64,000 nt of DNA from Lingula anatina (Eukaryota > Animalia > Brachiopoda). Below, in pieces: positions 12,901-27,739 of the stretch (its first letter is position 1; each line of letters begins with the position of its first letter). The stretch lies in assembly GCA_051362555.1 (NCBI GenBank), contig CM120642.1, positions 8,556,001 to 8,620,000 on the forward strand, given 5' to 3'. The notes under the pieces were generated by a model, which saw only the letters and a program-made list of their open reading frames with translations, searched no databases and was not told the origin of the DNA. The translations under genes were made by a program, and so were the position numbers.

Positions 12901-15900
12901 TGCAACTTTGTTTTTCTTCTTCGCCATTATTTATCTGCTTGATGTAAATTGAAACCAATTTTATGCATTTAAAAATACAAGAAGCAAGCTTAAATGTATC
13001 ACATTGCCAACACATCTAAAGCAAGTTAATTTTTTTAATAATGACATTTGTGTTATTCACACCTTTGTCAATGTAGTAAAAGATACATTTTATTGATGTA
13101 ACTAACCACTAGCAATCCCTACTGCCAGGAATAAAACCAGTTTTCAGTTTTAAAATATGTAGCAGTAACATGACCATTAGGAATGACTGGTCATACTGTA
13201 AGTGACTAACACGATAATTCTAGTTTATAATTGCTAAGGTTTATACGAAGGGATTTTGATGAACTTCGTATGTACAAGTCCACTAGTAAATGACAGTGAG
13301 AACAATTGATTCAAATAACAGCAAACTATATTTCTGGTCAAACTTGTGATTTACCATGTTTTAACATTTCTAATCCCTCAAGGATTCAAGTAACATATTT
13401 CAAGATATTTCAAGCAGGTCCTATTTTGCAGATTTTCAACCTGCAGTTACTTTTGTGATGTTTATGATGACAAGCCTCCCCCCACTTTTTTTTTTTTTTT
13501 TTTTTTGGAAACTAAAACAAATTTCTAGTGAACATTATATATTATAAAAACCTGTCTTGAAACCGATTTTGATGTAAAAATGCAGCATTCCTACAAGAAG
13601 CATTTACTGTCCAGTAGAACCCATGTATCTGTATTTCACTCTGTATTCATCTGAAATCTCATTTCTCACATGTACAATTTATGCTATAGTTAAACTTATG
13701 AATGCAAAGCATCTTCCTGATTTCTTTGCAATACTTCATTTTGTATTTACTTCTAATTAGTGCTGTACTGTGCAAATGCTCCATTTATACATTTTACTTT
13801 CTATTTAATAATATAGACTGAGAGGCTGCTTCTATTTTTCCATTTTTTTATCTCTATTGAGTACACACTGCTCAGGGAAAAAATTGAAAAATTCTTAACA
13901 GGTATTTGCTCACTTGATTTGAAAACATTTCTCATTCTCACTGTTATTGGATAAATTAAAACAATTTCACATCTAGATGATGAGTAATTGTAGACCTAAT
14001 TAAAATCAATCAATTAGCATTCTTCCTGTCTTTAAATAGTTATATTGAAACAGTCTTCAATGACCAATTGGATTTAAAATTAATGAAGAGAAAATTGTAA
14101 TATGATGATGAAAACTTGAATAGTTAGATATTAAAGCAAATTTGTAAGCTGCTTAAGCTTTTGCATGACCAACAATATTGGTAAGAGATCCACACACAAC
14201 TTTGCAGAATCCAATAGAATATCATGAAAGAGTTGCACAATGCAAACACATTCAAATAACGATATTGGTATGGTATAATACAATCTAAATATCAATTGAA
14301 ACTTTTCACTATATTTCAAATGTGTACATCAATCTGATGGGGTGTTTCAATGGAGAATATTTAAAGACTGTTTCACACTTCTAATCCATTCATAAGATCA
14401 ATCATCCGTGGGCATTCCAATTGCTTTTTTCCCAAGAATTTTTCTTCTTCAAAAAATAAAACAGTGTTAGTTCTCCAAAATCTGAATGAAAATGAATTAT
14501 GTCTGTCATCAAGTCGCGAAATCAATACCACAAGAAAGAGTTTGTTTGCCAAAGCCTGCTCCATGACACACTGATTCAATGGATTTCCTTTTCACCAATC
14601 TTCATCAGTTTCCCATTGTTACCTTTGGTAGCCGTCTCTATAAATATCCATTGGGACTTTTTTTTCCAACTGAAGAAATTCATGCAGCATTATATTCATG
14701 ATCTGTATGCTGAACGTTTAACATTGTAGTCTCTGGAGGAAAAAAATGGGACTTCATCTTTCAAGAAGTCTGATTTGCAGTTTCTGTAATGTTCATTCAA
14801 ATTTCCAGTCAATGCAGTCAATGGGTTTTTCATGGAAAAGTTATTTTTCTTGCCCATTATCAAGAACTTTATTAGAAATAACATGATGATATCGAGAGAC
14901 AAATCTTGCTGATCAACTCCATTGAAATTCACTATGTCTCAGTCTTTGCCAAAATCCTCTCAGCTCTGGTCCTCCAGGGTTTAAGAGTCTACTAGCCCAT
15001 AGCAGAAGCAGCGGGGCTAGCAGATGAAGACAATTTTCAAAATTGTACTGCCCAGGCTCCCATTTCACTAGTATTTGGTTGGAGTCCATTGTTAAGATTA
15101 CAGGCAGTCTTATAGAAATGTATAGTGATCAAAATGGCATGCCCATTGCACTTCAGTTTATTGTCCAAACAATAGATATCCACAAACCTGTTCAAGAAAG
15201 TATCTATATTTCACAATGTTTAACAGAGACCAACAAAGGTCTCATGAACATGTTATTCAGTCTTCAAAAAATCTCTTCCATTTCTTCAGCTTAGTTTCAG
15301 CATCGCCCAACCACTATATTTATGCGCCCTTCAGTGCCTTAAAATATAAATTTTGCAAACAACAGTAGTTCTTTTCTCCTGGTTCTATCTTGAGTTTTCT
15401 CTGAAGTTGTACGACTTTTACTTTGGTGTCGACTTCCTTGAAAAAAAATGATATCTTTTAAATTTCCAGTCCATCTTCAATCACCTTGTCAAGAATATTG
15501 CTGTAAAACATTTGACGACGGCAGTGTTGATTCAGTCCAACTTCAGGAACATTCCAACAAAACAAGCATATATAAGGATCAATTGATTAACGATGGGGCT
15601 TTGAAACATGGTGCAGCTTGCAATAAATGGCAACATTTTTCAACAACTGCTGGAACATATGCTGGATTTTACAAAACAGCATCCATTTGACAGAAGATGG
15701 AATATACACTGGAAATGCTTCAAAAAGAAAGTTTTAAATGAATGCTCATGATCCTTATAGGAATCAAATGAATTTCCTATTCACTACATTCATAACCTCC
15801 ACATCTATGGCAACCATCTTGATTCTGCCTTATTTCACTACCACAAAGGCACCATCAAGACCTTCCATTTCTTTCATATCCTTCGTTATCCCTCTCTTCG

Positions 15901-17098
15901 AAACAGTGACCAACAGGTGGATAACAATATTACCCGTGCCACTTTCCCAAACCACAGATAGATGGCGCCACTGCTGCAACCTAATTGTGGGATCTTTCCA
16001 GTAGGAACGCGCCCAGGCAGCTTTAACTCATAACTGCACAGCTCACGACTGTGTGGTGAGAAAAAGGAGTATGCTCTATAATACTTCACCCCATACCGAT
16101 TATTGAAAAGATGTCTGCCAGAAGTGATGGTAGCTCTTCATGCAGATCCTGTAAGAAAGAAAATAAAAATCATCTGTAAAACATGTTCCTTTTAACCTAA
16201 AATTGAATATCATTTTGTAATTTCTTGTGATCATTCCATTTCTTTCTTTTGTTTAATCATTTACCTATTTATTATTTTACTTAGATCATTAATGACTTTT
16301 GCTTGCATTATCATGTACGTTAAAAATATGTTAATAATTCCATAAAATAAAATAGCTCATTAAATTCTTCATACACAAGAACAAAGGAAATGAAGCTACC
16401 ATTTATCTAACCAACAAAAAAGTAGTCACATTATCCTTTTGTTCTCCTACCCACCTTGATTTCAAGCAGTACGGCAACTGCTTGGTCTTGCTTGAGATTC
16501 CCAATGAGAACTTGCCAACACAGGTCATACAGGATTTTTTTCCCTTCTCTTGCTCCAACCAGGCTGCCATCTGCTTTCAGGGTAGACTTGCATAACTTCT
16601 GACTGTAAAACAAAAGAGATAAACTTATTTCATGATTGGACACACTTCTTTACTTCTCTAACTGAAATAGCGGGTCCAGCACATTTGACCTTATTTGTGT
16701 TGAAGGTCAAATCTTGCTCTGCATTTGATTAGAGTTGATTGCCTATCTTTTGAAATCAAAACATATTTCAAAAAAGTTCTAAAGTTTACAGAAAGTTCCT
16801 TGAAAGAACGTTTATTACAAGCTAAAAACTTTTCATCGACTTCATTTAATCATGAATACTTTGGTTGAGAAAAACCGCCGGCTGAACCGACTTTTTATCA
16901 CCGCATCTTGGCCAAAATATTTTCTAAATTTTCATTCAATCAAAGGGCCAACATCACTTGCAACACGATAAATGTAATGAAATATATACGTGCTTACACT
17001 TGCACAACATAGTAAAGTTTTAGAAAGAGTACTTACAATTCGATTTTACCGTTTTTCTCCCAGTTTTTACACAACTCGAGAGTAAGGCACGTCGCCAT
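9978..17098 (-). CDS. THOC2: THO complex subunit 2, N-terminal part (8 exons; the rest is presumably left of the window)
   Basis: GT-AG exons 17098-17037, 16602-16455, 16148-16097, 12061-11988, 11588-11467, 11112-10982, 10516-10356 and 10073-9978 splice in frame to [21 protein letters not shown]...[16 protein letters not shown]...[25 protein letters not shown]...[22 protein letters not shown]...LGFKFHFYQ...[26 protein letters not shown], matching the recalled THOC2 N-terminus. Confidence 0.96.
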
Positions 17099-17311
17099 TT
17101 TCTTCAATAACTGCCCGTATGTTAGTCTCTTGCTAATCCAATGTATAGCCAATATAACGCTTTAATAAGACATCAAATGCTTCTTTAATGACACTTTTTA
17201 TAAAAATGAATTATTCAAAATATGTACATTGAAAATTATAATCAAATGATAGGTCATTACAATCATGCTCACTATTTGAAACATTCCATGAGTTGGAGAG
17301 TAAATTCCAAG
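17099..17311. promoter_or_regulatory. Bidirectional promoter region shared by THOC2 and ALKBH8
   Basis: The divergent ATGs (17098 on -, 17312 on +) are only 213 bp apart. Confidence 0.7.
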
Positions 17312-20300
17312 ATGTCTGCGCCCGTTCGCGGCGAGAAAATGACCAAAGCAGAGAGAAAAGCACTACGCAAACAAGTCAAATCAAAGCATACGCTTTTAAA
17401 ACATGAAGGGATTGAAACTTCGAGTACACCTTCTAAAGTAAATAATAAAATATGTCATTTTTAAGTTGATTTATTATTAAATGGACCAAAAGCCACGGCA
17501 AGAACTTGTAAAAGAATGTTTTCAGTGTTTGAACGTGGTCGTTGGAACGTTTAATCTGACTTTTCGTAAAAGAACTCACATCACAATTGCATGTCATAAT
17601 TTTTTGTGTAGCCAATATCCTAGAAAGAATGAACATCACAATTGTGCAGATTTAAGAGTATATGCCCGGTTTATGCCTAGTAATTTCAATTTATTGTGCT
17701 CAAGTGAGTGTCTCCCATAACTCATAAGATACCGGTAGATCTGTTTCATGATAATGTTTGAACAAGTGTTATGGTTTGTTTTTAATTTTATTGCTTTTTT
17801 ATCCTAATAGTTTTTATTTATTATTTTTTTATTATTATTATTTTTTTTTTTTTTTTACTTTCATATCATGTGAGGAAAGTTGAGTAAGAATAACATATAT
17901 AGCAATATGTTTCTTTCAGCATCTTTTTGTGGCCAATGCAGGTCTTGGGAATGGAGTCAGCAGAGATGAAGTGGACTCTATCTTTAATTGGTTTGGGGAA
18001 ATAGCAGACATTGTTTTGTTACCTGAGAAACCATATGCATTTGTGGAATACACTTCAGTGGACGCTGCTGTTGCCGCATGTCAATCAATGCATGGTAGAA
18101 AGTTAAAATGCCCTGAAGAAATCTCTACCCCAGGAATCACTTTTTATATCTCCTTCATGGAAAAAGGTAAAAAAAGGGCCACTTTACTTGGTTATCCAGT
18201 TGTTTCATATGACATTTTGATTTTTATAGCCTATAATAAACTATATGTTCACAAAGATTGAGTATAACAGGCATGTAAATGTGGTAGACAGTTTGGCGAA
18301 AATATAAGCAGTGCAAAAAGCACCTGTTATCTCTACATACTCAGAAAATACTAATATCATGAAGTCCCAGCTCTTAAAATTATAATAAAACATCAGTTTG
18401 AAGGGTCTAGTTTATAAATTCTCTATTAAAATGAACTAGTAAAATTAATGGGTGTTTTAGCAACTGCTCTGAAATTGTGTATGTCAGTTGCAAATGTAGA
18501 TTTCTTGGTATGTTAGACTTTAGTCCTTAACTCCTAATATGCCAATAGTTAGCCACATTTTCACATTGACTTAATTCCAGTCCCCCCTCCAATATCCATT
18601 GGCAGTGCACTACCCCCTGGTTTAATATACCTGGAGGAGTTTATCACAGAGGAAGAAGAACAGGATTTCCTAGAATTCTTTAAAACCCAAGATGCAGATT
18701 GTGCTGACAGTAAGAGTTGGATAAATTCTGGATTATTATTAGTATTTCATTTAATTAATTTTGATCCCTAGTTATTCTAATTTTTATTTTTGCAATGGAG
18801 GGGAATTTTGAAAATACAGAACTGAGTATGTCAGTTCAATCTTAAATCATTTGTGACTCCTTCTTTTCAAAATGTAATGGATTCTTGGCATGATGCACTT
18901 GATTTTTTTCCATGTTTTTCTCTTTTAGTGTGTTTCTAATGTACTTTTTTTATGGAAAACCCCTTACCTTAATTGATATGTACAGATAGTGAGATCCATG
19001 AAGCTCAGTAAATAATTTTCACAAACCTTTGTCTACAGAAGTCACAAAAAAAAGTTGTCTTGACATGACCGTCAAAGTCATGAGGAAATTGCACAGTAAG
19101 TTTTTTTTTTATATTGAATACTATCATTTACAGCCCAAAAGACACTCAAGCACAGAAAAGTCAAACACTATGGATTTGAGTTCATTTATGGACCCAACAA
19201 TGTTGATTTAGAGAAACCATTGGAAGGGGGCATTCCCACTGTATGCAATGGTTTGCTAGATAAACTAATGGCAAAGGGGTATATTCAGCAGCGTCCAGAC
19301 CAACTGACCATTAATCAGTATGAGCCAGGACAAGGTTTGTGGTGGACTCTTTTTATCAATAATTCTTGACTGAAAATAACTGACTATGTTGATCATTTGT
19401 ATTGTACAAAGCTTGGGTATTATTCTTCTGACACACGTGCGTGTGTTATATTTGTGTGATATGAGATTTAGTGATTTTGACAAAAAGAAACAACTAACTT
19501 TTTTAAATCACTGGTCATAATAAGATTAAAAAAGGGATTAGAAAAATGCAAAGGAGAACTTTTAACTACTACTAATTACATTACAGGTATCCCTCCCCAT
19601 GTTGATACCCACTCCCCATTTGAAGATGGCCTCGTATCGCTAAGCTTGGGATCACAGGTGAGGCAGTCTTTGTTTAACAGACAGTGGTTGGGTAAACATC
19701 TGTTGGTTAAACTCTTCAGATGATTTCCAGTGTATTTACCAAAATAAATATCCCCATTTTACAAGGATATGTTAATAATGGCTTTATTTTACAAGGATAT
19801 TAATAATAGTGACTTAATTGTCTTTTATCTAAGATCATTCTGCTATTACTTAACACAGGCAGTGATGGATTTCCGCCACCCGAACGGCCGCCATCTTCCC
19901 GTGGTGTTACAACCCCGTAGTGTAATCATAATGACTGGAGAGTCCAGGTACCTGTGGACACATGGGATTACACCAAGGAAGGCTGATGTGGTATCTGGTA
20001 GGTTATCTGCGTTGTGGAGATAATAACACAACCAGTTTAGGTGATATGTAGACATTTTCTAATCATTTTCCAGCACTAAGAGTGTGATAACTGAGACCAC
20101 GATTTTGTTTAGAGGCATTCAATGAATGTATGTGTTACAAGTAGGAGTTCTGTAGTATATTCCTGCATGAAATTTCCAAATTTGATATGGTGAGAAGCAT
20201 TATCATTATTGCTGATCATTATGTGGTTAATTCAATTATTTGCATTTGAGTATTGTAAGTGAATGAAAATAATGAAATAGAAGTTCACATTAGTGGTGTG

Positions 20301-23300
20301 CAATGCATTTGTTTTATTAACCCTAAAGTGTTAACCATTGTTATTAATCCTAAAGCGCATTTTCCCTTAAATGTCGATTTTTAAATTGGTATCAATAAAC
20401 TGCCCACAAATATGCAATGCAGAAAGAGGATTTTGGAAAATTTGTTTCATGATTGTATGAAAGACTCGATTTAACATGGATGTAATGTCACTGCTCTCTT
20501 AATCCATGACATATATTGAAATTCACAGCATCATCTACTGAGGGGAGTCAAGATTCCCTCACTCTGGTCTCCAGAGGAGTCAGAACATCATTTACATTCA
20601 GAAAGACCAGAAGTGGACCATGTCAATGTAGTGGGTATTTTTATTCAATGACATGTACATATATTCCTAGAACAATTCTCATACAAAGGTTTTACTTACT
20701 TCCAATTATTGATAGGTGTCTTGTCTATATGAGAATACACTGTGAGTCAGCATAAAAAGATGCAACAGTAGTTACTGTTAAGACATTGAATAGTTTTTGT
20801 AAGAAATTTTAATAGACTTGAAAACTTTTTCATAAACTTAATATATATTTTTGTCTGCTAGGCCTGTAGTTTGTATCTTGGTACTGAATTGAGAGATAAA
20901 TGACATCCTTCATTTAATTAAATATTGAAAATGAATGAAAAAATACTGTGTGTATGCAGCTGTTTTTCCTTAGTAATGTGACTCGTTTTTGTAGAGAATA
21001 ATATTATATGCTGTTGTAAAAAGTTACACTCAGAATTCATAAAACTTTATTTCATTCTGATGGAATTTTATCTGCGTAGTCATGTTCATATTGGTCAAGT
21101 TTTAACACTGTGATTAAAAGCATATCTGTAAAAGCTTTTGTGACTGATGAAGTCCTAAGGCTAGGACAAAAGCTCTTACAGGACCTGACATACTTTCAGT
21201 CACAGCTTGAACTTCAACAGTTTTACAACTTCATTAATATGAACTTTATTTAATACATTTATTTTGATTATTTGTTTTGAAGAATTCCCAGAGCAGTGTG
21301 ATTCCCAAAAGAAATCCAGCCAAGAAAATATTTTGTTGCCAAAATCAGAGCAAGAAGCAGCTCAACTTGAAAACAAACATGTTCATGAGGTAGGAATGAA
21401 AAAAACAAATTATGACAACGTACATATTTTTCATTACTTCCATGGCTTTTTATAATTGATTTGATGTAACAGAATTACTTAGAGGTGCAAAATTCATAAT
21501 ATTTCATCCATAGAAATATCAACCTTTGCTTGAAACATTTTGAAGTGTTTTCTGTTCACATTTACCACTAAACCAGAAAAGACACAGCCAACATGACAAA
21601 ACTTTCATCCAAAGTTTACTAAATGTTATCTTGTCATTAACATTATGTAAATCTGTTGGCACAGATGAACTTAACATCAGCCAAAACAATTATTTCTTAA
21701 CAAAGGTGTATGAAGAAATTGCTGGCCACTTCAGTGGAACAAGGCACACACCCTGGCCACGGGTAGTGGAGTTTCTAACATCACTACCAGATGGCGCTTT
21801 GCTTGCAGACATCGGATGTGGCAATGGAAAATACTTGGGGATCAACAAAAATATTTTTTCAGTAAGGAAATGTCTGACAAGTTTTTTTAAATAAATGAAT
21901 ATTTACTCATGTTTAATTTTTAAAAAACAATAAGTAAAAGAAAATTAGACATAGTGTATACTGACATTTTCTCTAATGCATACACATTTAATATTGAAAT
22001 ATTAGTGATTTAAGTGATGCATTTTAATTCACAGATTGGTTGTGACAGAAGCTTCAACTTAGTCAAAATCTGTGAGGAGAGGGGCCATGAGGTTTTTGTG
22101 TGTGATGCTCTCTCTGTACCACTAAGGGATGGAGTTGTTGATGCCTGTATTAGTATAGCTGTGGTACACCATATGTCAACACAGGTAATAAAACACTTCA
22201 GTTTATGGAGCAGAGATGGGTTGGATCCAGACCCCAATTTCTTAAGCTTAGCTGCAATCTTTTTTTATGCAAAAGAAATGAGGCTTTGAAAAAGTGTGAC
22301 CATCAAAACCTTTCAACCCCACCCCCATACACACACATGCGTGCTCACACACATGTTCAAACACACACTGTTTACCCATTTTGTGCCTTCATGATGGTTA
22401 ATTCCTGGGTTTGCCATTGTCAAGTGTTTGTGATTTCTGTGTCATCAGTATTGAAAGTTGGTCTCTTGTATTCATTACCTCCACCAAGGAGGTTATGTTT
22501 TCACCCCCGTTTGTCTGTCATCAACATAACTCAAAAAGTTATGGACCGATTTTGATGAAATTTTCAGGAACTGTCAGAAGTGGGTCAAGGAAGAGATTAT
22601 TAGTTTTTGGTGTTGATCCGGATCAATAATCAATCAATAATCAATAATAATCAAAGGTCGCTGCCTTGGCTAAGGTCTGCGCTCTTGGAGTGGTTTTCTA
22701 GTTTTCATTTTTTAATCTTCCGGTGCAATGCACTATGTATGCTTGGACTGCAGAACACATAATTTAAGTAATCAAGTAAAATTTAACCATCTCATTTCTT
22801 CTTTAGCCAGGAGAAACACTGACTTTTGAAAAAATGTGCCTGTTAGGGTTATTAAATATTCTAGTGTGGTTCATTAAAAAAGTCTCTTTGCTTAAGATAA
22901 ATGGGGCACGTACATGTACATTTGTATCTTGCCTGTGACAATTGCTTCACGGTATGTGACATTTTGTAGATTATTATTTAAATAAAGAATTGCAAACAAA
23001 ACACAGGGCATGAATTATAAAGAAAAAATACAAATGTTGTTTGGTCTCTTTTCTTTGCGTGATCAAAAAATTTTCTGTCTGCATTCACCATTGCAGGAGA
23101 GAAGACAACACGCCATACAAGAAGTCTTGCGGGTGCTGCGCCCTGGTGGGAAAGCTCTGATCTATGTCTGGGCTCTTGAGCAAGAGCTCCATAAAGTGAA
23201 GTCCAACTACTTGAAGGAAATAAAAATGAAACAGAGAGGTCAACAATCAGATTCTGAAGTTGAAAACAACGAGACTGTAGTTGTAGAAAATGGCAGCCAA

Positions 23301-23765
23301 GTTGTCCAGAAAGTTTCTGGTCCAGATACTCAAGGTGTTGGTACTCTTGCTGGCTGTTGTCAGGAAAATCAAAGTCAAACAAGCACTAAAACTGCTGCTG
23401 GGCAGGAAAGTAGGGATTCCTCCGTGAATGAGAGCAATTCTAGTAAAAAACCACACCAGGTGAAGGTTGGGGAAATGAACTGTCACACAGAGAGCGGTGC
23501 AATAAGTCAAAAAGTCCTGGCGGTTCACGTGAATAGGACCAAATTTGAGCAGCCTGATTTGCTAGTGCCATGGCATCTTAAAGAGAAGGAGAAAAGAGAC
23601 CAAACAACAGTGGGAGACAGTAAACTATTTCATAGATATTATCATGTGTTTGAAGAAGGAGAGTTGGAGGTTTTGTGTCAGAAAATTCCAAAGGTCCGTA
23701 TAGTGGAGTCATATTATGATAAGGGGAATTGGTGTGCTATTTTGATGAAAGAAAACGATGCGTGA
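17312..23765 (+). CDS. ALKBH8: AlkB homolog 8, tRNA wobble-uridine methyltransferase/dioxygenase (RRM, AlkB, Trm9-like MTase), 11 exons
   Basis: Exons 17312-17437, 17920-18166, 18581-18709, 19134-19334, 19587-19657, 19859-19997, 20529-20630, 21283-21389, 21706-21861, 22035-22184 and 23097-23765 splice in frame. Motifs: [50 protein letters not shown] (HxD), [40 protein letters not shown]. Confidence 0.97.
22474..22703 (+). mobile_element. Non-autonomous Helentron/HINE (DINE-1-like) element in the last ALKBH8 intron
   Basis: Starts ATTACCTCCACCAAGGAGGTTATGTTTTCACC, contains GTCTGTC, has an inverted partner CCTTGGCTAAGGT and a short 3' hairpin (GCGCTCTTGGAGTG), and ends TTTTCTAGTT. This layout matches a widespread Helentron-derived family I recognise. 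Confidence 0.65.
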
Positions 23766-23811
23766 TCAAAAGATTTTCAAGCAAGGGATAATTTTTCTTC
23801 AGAAACTTTGC

Positions 23812-24101
23812 AGGGGAAGATCCAGGATTATGTGAAGGGGGGGGGGGGGGGGGGGGGGAGGGTCGGTGGATGTGAAGTCGACCCCCCCTCCCCTTGGCAT
23901 GGGATTCAGTGGCCACTAGAGGGCCCTCAAATATATGTTGGTATTTTATAGGGCTAACAGTGCCATTTGGTATGGTTTAGAACTATGATTCAGCCAGTCA
24001 AAATTCTAATTTCAAGAGAGGACCATTGGTGTGATTTTTTTCAGAAATTGAAGGGGGGAAGGGGTCAGGAACCCCCTGACACCCCCCTACATCCACCACT
24101 G
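23812..24101. mobile_element. MITE of the CAGGGG(C/A)GGATCCAGG...ATCCACCACTG type just downstream of the ALKBH8 stop
   Basis: Imperfect TIRs with internal G and C runs. Same family type as 3677..3844 and a degenerate copy near 56630..56865. Confidence 0.5.
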
Positions 24102-24916
24102 CTTTGGTATTATGTTACTGGCAGTGTGAGATGTGCATTAATGAAGTGCAATAACTTAAGGGAATTATGTATGAAAAAAATTAATAAATGCTAAATAGAA
24201 AGCAGCTGATTGATCACCTGCTCTATAACATACTTTTTCTAGAAAAATAATGAAATGTTATGAAATACAATGTGTAATTTTAAAAGGGCTTTATTAACAT
24301 TTCGTCAATTATAAACTGTTAACACTGCTAATAACAATATTATTATTTGGGATTTTTTGTTCATCTGTGCTCTGATCCAATTTTATGATATTCCAATATT
24401 TTGTAAATATAAATTAGTAAATCTAAACTTATAACAAAAGAAGAAATAAAATATAACAGAAAAACAATGATGTGCTTAAATACAAAATTTTAAATAATAT
24501 ATATTCACTGTACTTAATAAGCGCTACTATAAACACAAGTATCAAGCTAATAACCATTTAATAATTTAAAACTTTCAATTCAGAGAGTTAGAAGTGGATT
24601 TTAAACAAACCCCAAAAATGCAAGCACTGATGGCATACAGCCATATATTGCAGACATAAATGCAAAACCTAAAAACCTGGATTTCTAAATAAATCTGTGG
24701 GATTTTATCTGTAAATTCAAACACGTATCACAGTGATGTCTTCTGAGCATGATAATAAAAATCAGTGTCTGATCTGTTATCTTCTGTATCAAAAATGAGT
24801 ACAAAACTGAAGGAAAAATGGCTGCAGTACCACAAAATAACCTATCTATTAAAATATGATGTAACAAAAATGCTTTAACAGTACTGAAAACTGTGTTATA
24901 ATTGTACTATATATGA

Positions 24917-25317
24917 TTCTAGGACAATTCCCCTCCCCCCCCCCCCCCCCCCGACAATTCCCCCCCAGGACGATTCCCCCCCCAAGAAATATATATTTAT
25001 ATACAAATATAAAGTAGAAAGTGTAAAGTTTAAAACATTTCATCCATTTTATTTATATTTTTAGTGTGATAATACAACTTTATCACGAAACAAATAATTT
25101 TATAACAAATTCCCTTTTCATTGAGAACAAGTACAGGAATATTTATTATATATCTAATTGAAGTATAACCACCTATCCTTCAGGTAAAGGTGGGGTAAAC
25201 AGATGAACAGGTAAACAGATATTTTATAAATATTTTTAGTGTGGTGGGTAGTGGTCAAGCAATTAAAAGTGACAAATAGTCACAGGGATTGTCCTGGGGG
25301 GGAATTGTCCTGATACC
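24917..25317. mobile_element. MITE with repeated GGACAATTCCCCC terminal motifs in the THEM6 3' region
   Basis: Left end AGGACAATTCCCC...GACAATTCCCCCCCAGGACGATTCCC is inverted relative to the right end GGGATTGTCCTGGGGGGGAATTGTCCTG. TA-rich flanks. Confidence 0.6.
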
Positions 25318-25365
25318 CTATATATTTTTGCACCACATCAGCCACCACATAACCTAATCAACATT

Positions 25366-26769
25366 TCAATCTATTTTCCGTAAATTTCTACTAGAAATTT
25401 CATTACATTCTATCCATTTCTGTACATCTGGTGGACATTCTGGCCTCTGAATCTCCTCCCCCACTATCTCTCTTAGTAACTTTTCTGGTGTTGAGTTTAC
25501 CACTGATTGTTTTGCTAGCATTATGGCACAAACAAAGTCATCTTGTGTCCTCTCAATTTTCTGCTCCAATATAAAAGCTTTTTCATCCCACCATAAAATC
25601 TAACAAAAGCAAAAAGGAATTTGTTTATTAGCAGGGTTATTCAATTTAAACAATATTCCAAATTACAGTAATTTATAATATTTTTTCTAAAACATGCTTA
25701 AATAATTTTACTGTTTTCTTTAAAATATGCAATAATTGTTTAACACAAGAAGTCACATGTATACAAAAAATACTATACATCAGTGAAAGAATGTTTTGTC
25801 AGAAACTACAGTGGTCTACCTTGGATTTTATCCTGAAGGTATCAAAGAGCTGAAGTGGTCTCCTGTATCTAATTGTGGCTCTCCCTAATAACATTTTTGC
25901 TTTTTGTGCTCTGGAAGCCCTTGGCATGCCACACTGACACCAAAACTTGAACCGTGCAAAGTCGCATTCTCGTAGATAACGTGCATTATTCATGTGTATT
26001 TGTAGATCTAAGTCTGTTGTTGAGCAAATGCCTGGTAACAAAAAATATAAATATGTATATTCAACTTATTTCTTCTACATATTCATTCAAAACTACTAGT
26101 AGCTTGTCATGACTTTTCCTACAGAAACATGCCTAAATACTTTTATTATCCTATAATTCTCTGTGATTATATCAAATCCTGTACAACAAAAAGAGCAACA
26201 TTTGTTATTGTGAAAAGTGCTATTAATTTCATAGGCCTTGCAAACAGTCAGATTACAAGTCTGGTCACTAAAAGTTAAAAACATGTCATGCCACTGTGGC
26301 GTGACCAAAACGTTTTGAGATAAAAAAAATAATTCTGTGATACACTCCCCTTTTTGCTACATGTACATCCGAAGTTACATTCATCTTTTACAAAAGGTTT
26401 TGCACAGGTAATATTATTACAGATGCAAATAATCCGCGTGTCCCTACTCTTATTCTCCTATATAACCGCAGCCAATAAGTAGAGTAAGACTTTAAGCTGA
26501 GGCAAGATGGATGTTGCATGATGAAAACGATATATTTTCAATATGCAAACAATACAGGTGTACTTTAATTACAGTACATGTGCAGATCCAACGATCTAAA
26601 ACATAATAAAGATCATGTACTCACTGTAGTAAACGCTCTCTTCAAGCGGATGCTTCTTTGTTTGCAACATTGTCAATATTGTAATCGCAATGCTGTGGAG
26701 AAAATAATGAACTTCAAATAAAATATACATCACTGCAACAGCCGGCCATGCCAAGTAGGGCAGCGCCAT
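25366..26769 (-). CDS. THEM6: Thioesterase superfamily member 6 (hotdog fold), 196 aa, 3 exons
   Basis: Exons 26769-26625, 26031-25820 and 25599-25366. N-terminal hydrophobic anchor, DLDLQIHMNNARYLRECDFAR, RYRRPLQLF, WWDEKAFILEQ, DDFVCA, PPDVQKWIECNEISS. Confidence 0.93.
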
Positions 26770-27739
26770 TTTCACAATAGTATAGTCACATGATCTAACC
26801 TCTCCAGTGATTGAAGTTTCGAAAATCCAAGAACAAAGTAGACGATTTTTGTTAACGAGAAGAAAGCGCATCAATTCTCCTCAGCATTGCTCCCAACGGA
26901 ACGATGAAGAGGAAACATTCACAAAATATGATTTGGAGTGAACTGAAATAACAGAAAAATCGGTCTCGTATAAATAATTCGTTGCAATTTCACTGTGCCA
27001 ATTAGTGCTTCTTTATGATCGATAAGAATACATGTAACAGAGGAGATAATTCATAAAATCCAGGCGTGGAAATGAGATTAATTGCAACTTTTGTTGAATC
27101 GTATTAAATGGAATTATATATATTACATAACATAAGCTTTCATAACTATCACATGTTATCCGTTAATGAGTTTTGACAGAAAAGGGCAAAGCACGCATGT
27201 GCGCTCGACTATCTTTGTTATTGCTCGAAAGGGTTCCATATACGCTTCAAACTGTATGCCAGTCAGTATTTTCATTTCCAGCGATATCAATGTACCACGT
27301 GCAATTTTCAAGCATTTAATAGCCTTAGCATGTTATATATCCGATTAAAAATCACTTTTGGATTCTTTTCTTTCTTTCTTTTTTGTTTCATTTTGTTTAT
27401 TTATTTTTCACGCAATTAACTGTACATCCAATTTAAGTTCAATATCTTTATTATGACCTGTAACAGAGAATAGAGTTTAACTTAATTACCACCTAAGAAA
27501 TTAACATAACTGTTAAAATTCCCAAAGACTTATTGTCAGGGCACTGTACAACTTTGAGTACTTTTAATGTTCTATAAAGTGTCTTTTTTTAAATCACATT
27601 TTTAAAAATGTAATCCTCCAGTATTTCCTGGTTTTCTCATCAACAAGTAATTTCCCTGGAAATCCATTTGCCAGCCCTTACAAATGGTAAAAAGTGCTTG
27701 TTCAGATAACATTTCATTTCCAATCATCATGTCAAGGTT

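Noticed and set aside
14100-16050. Slightly coding-like stretch in THOC2 intron 3, possibly a decayed transposon
   Set aside because: The frames I checked are broken and show no recognisable transposase or RT motif. A translated search against Dfam/Repbase would be needed.
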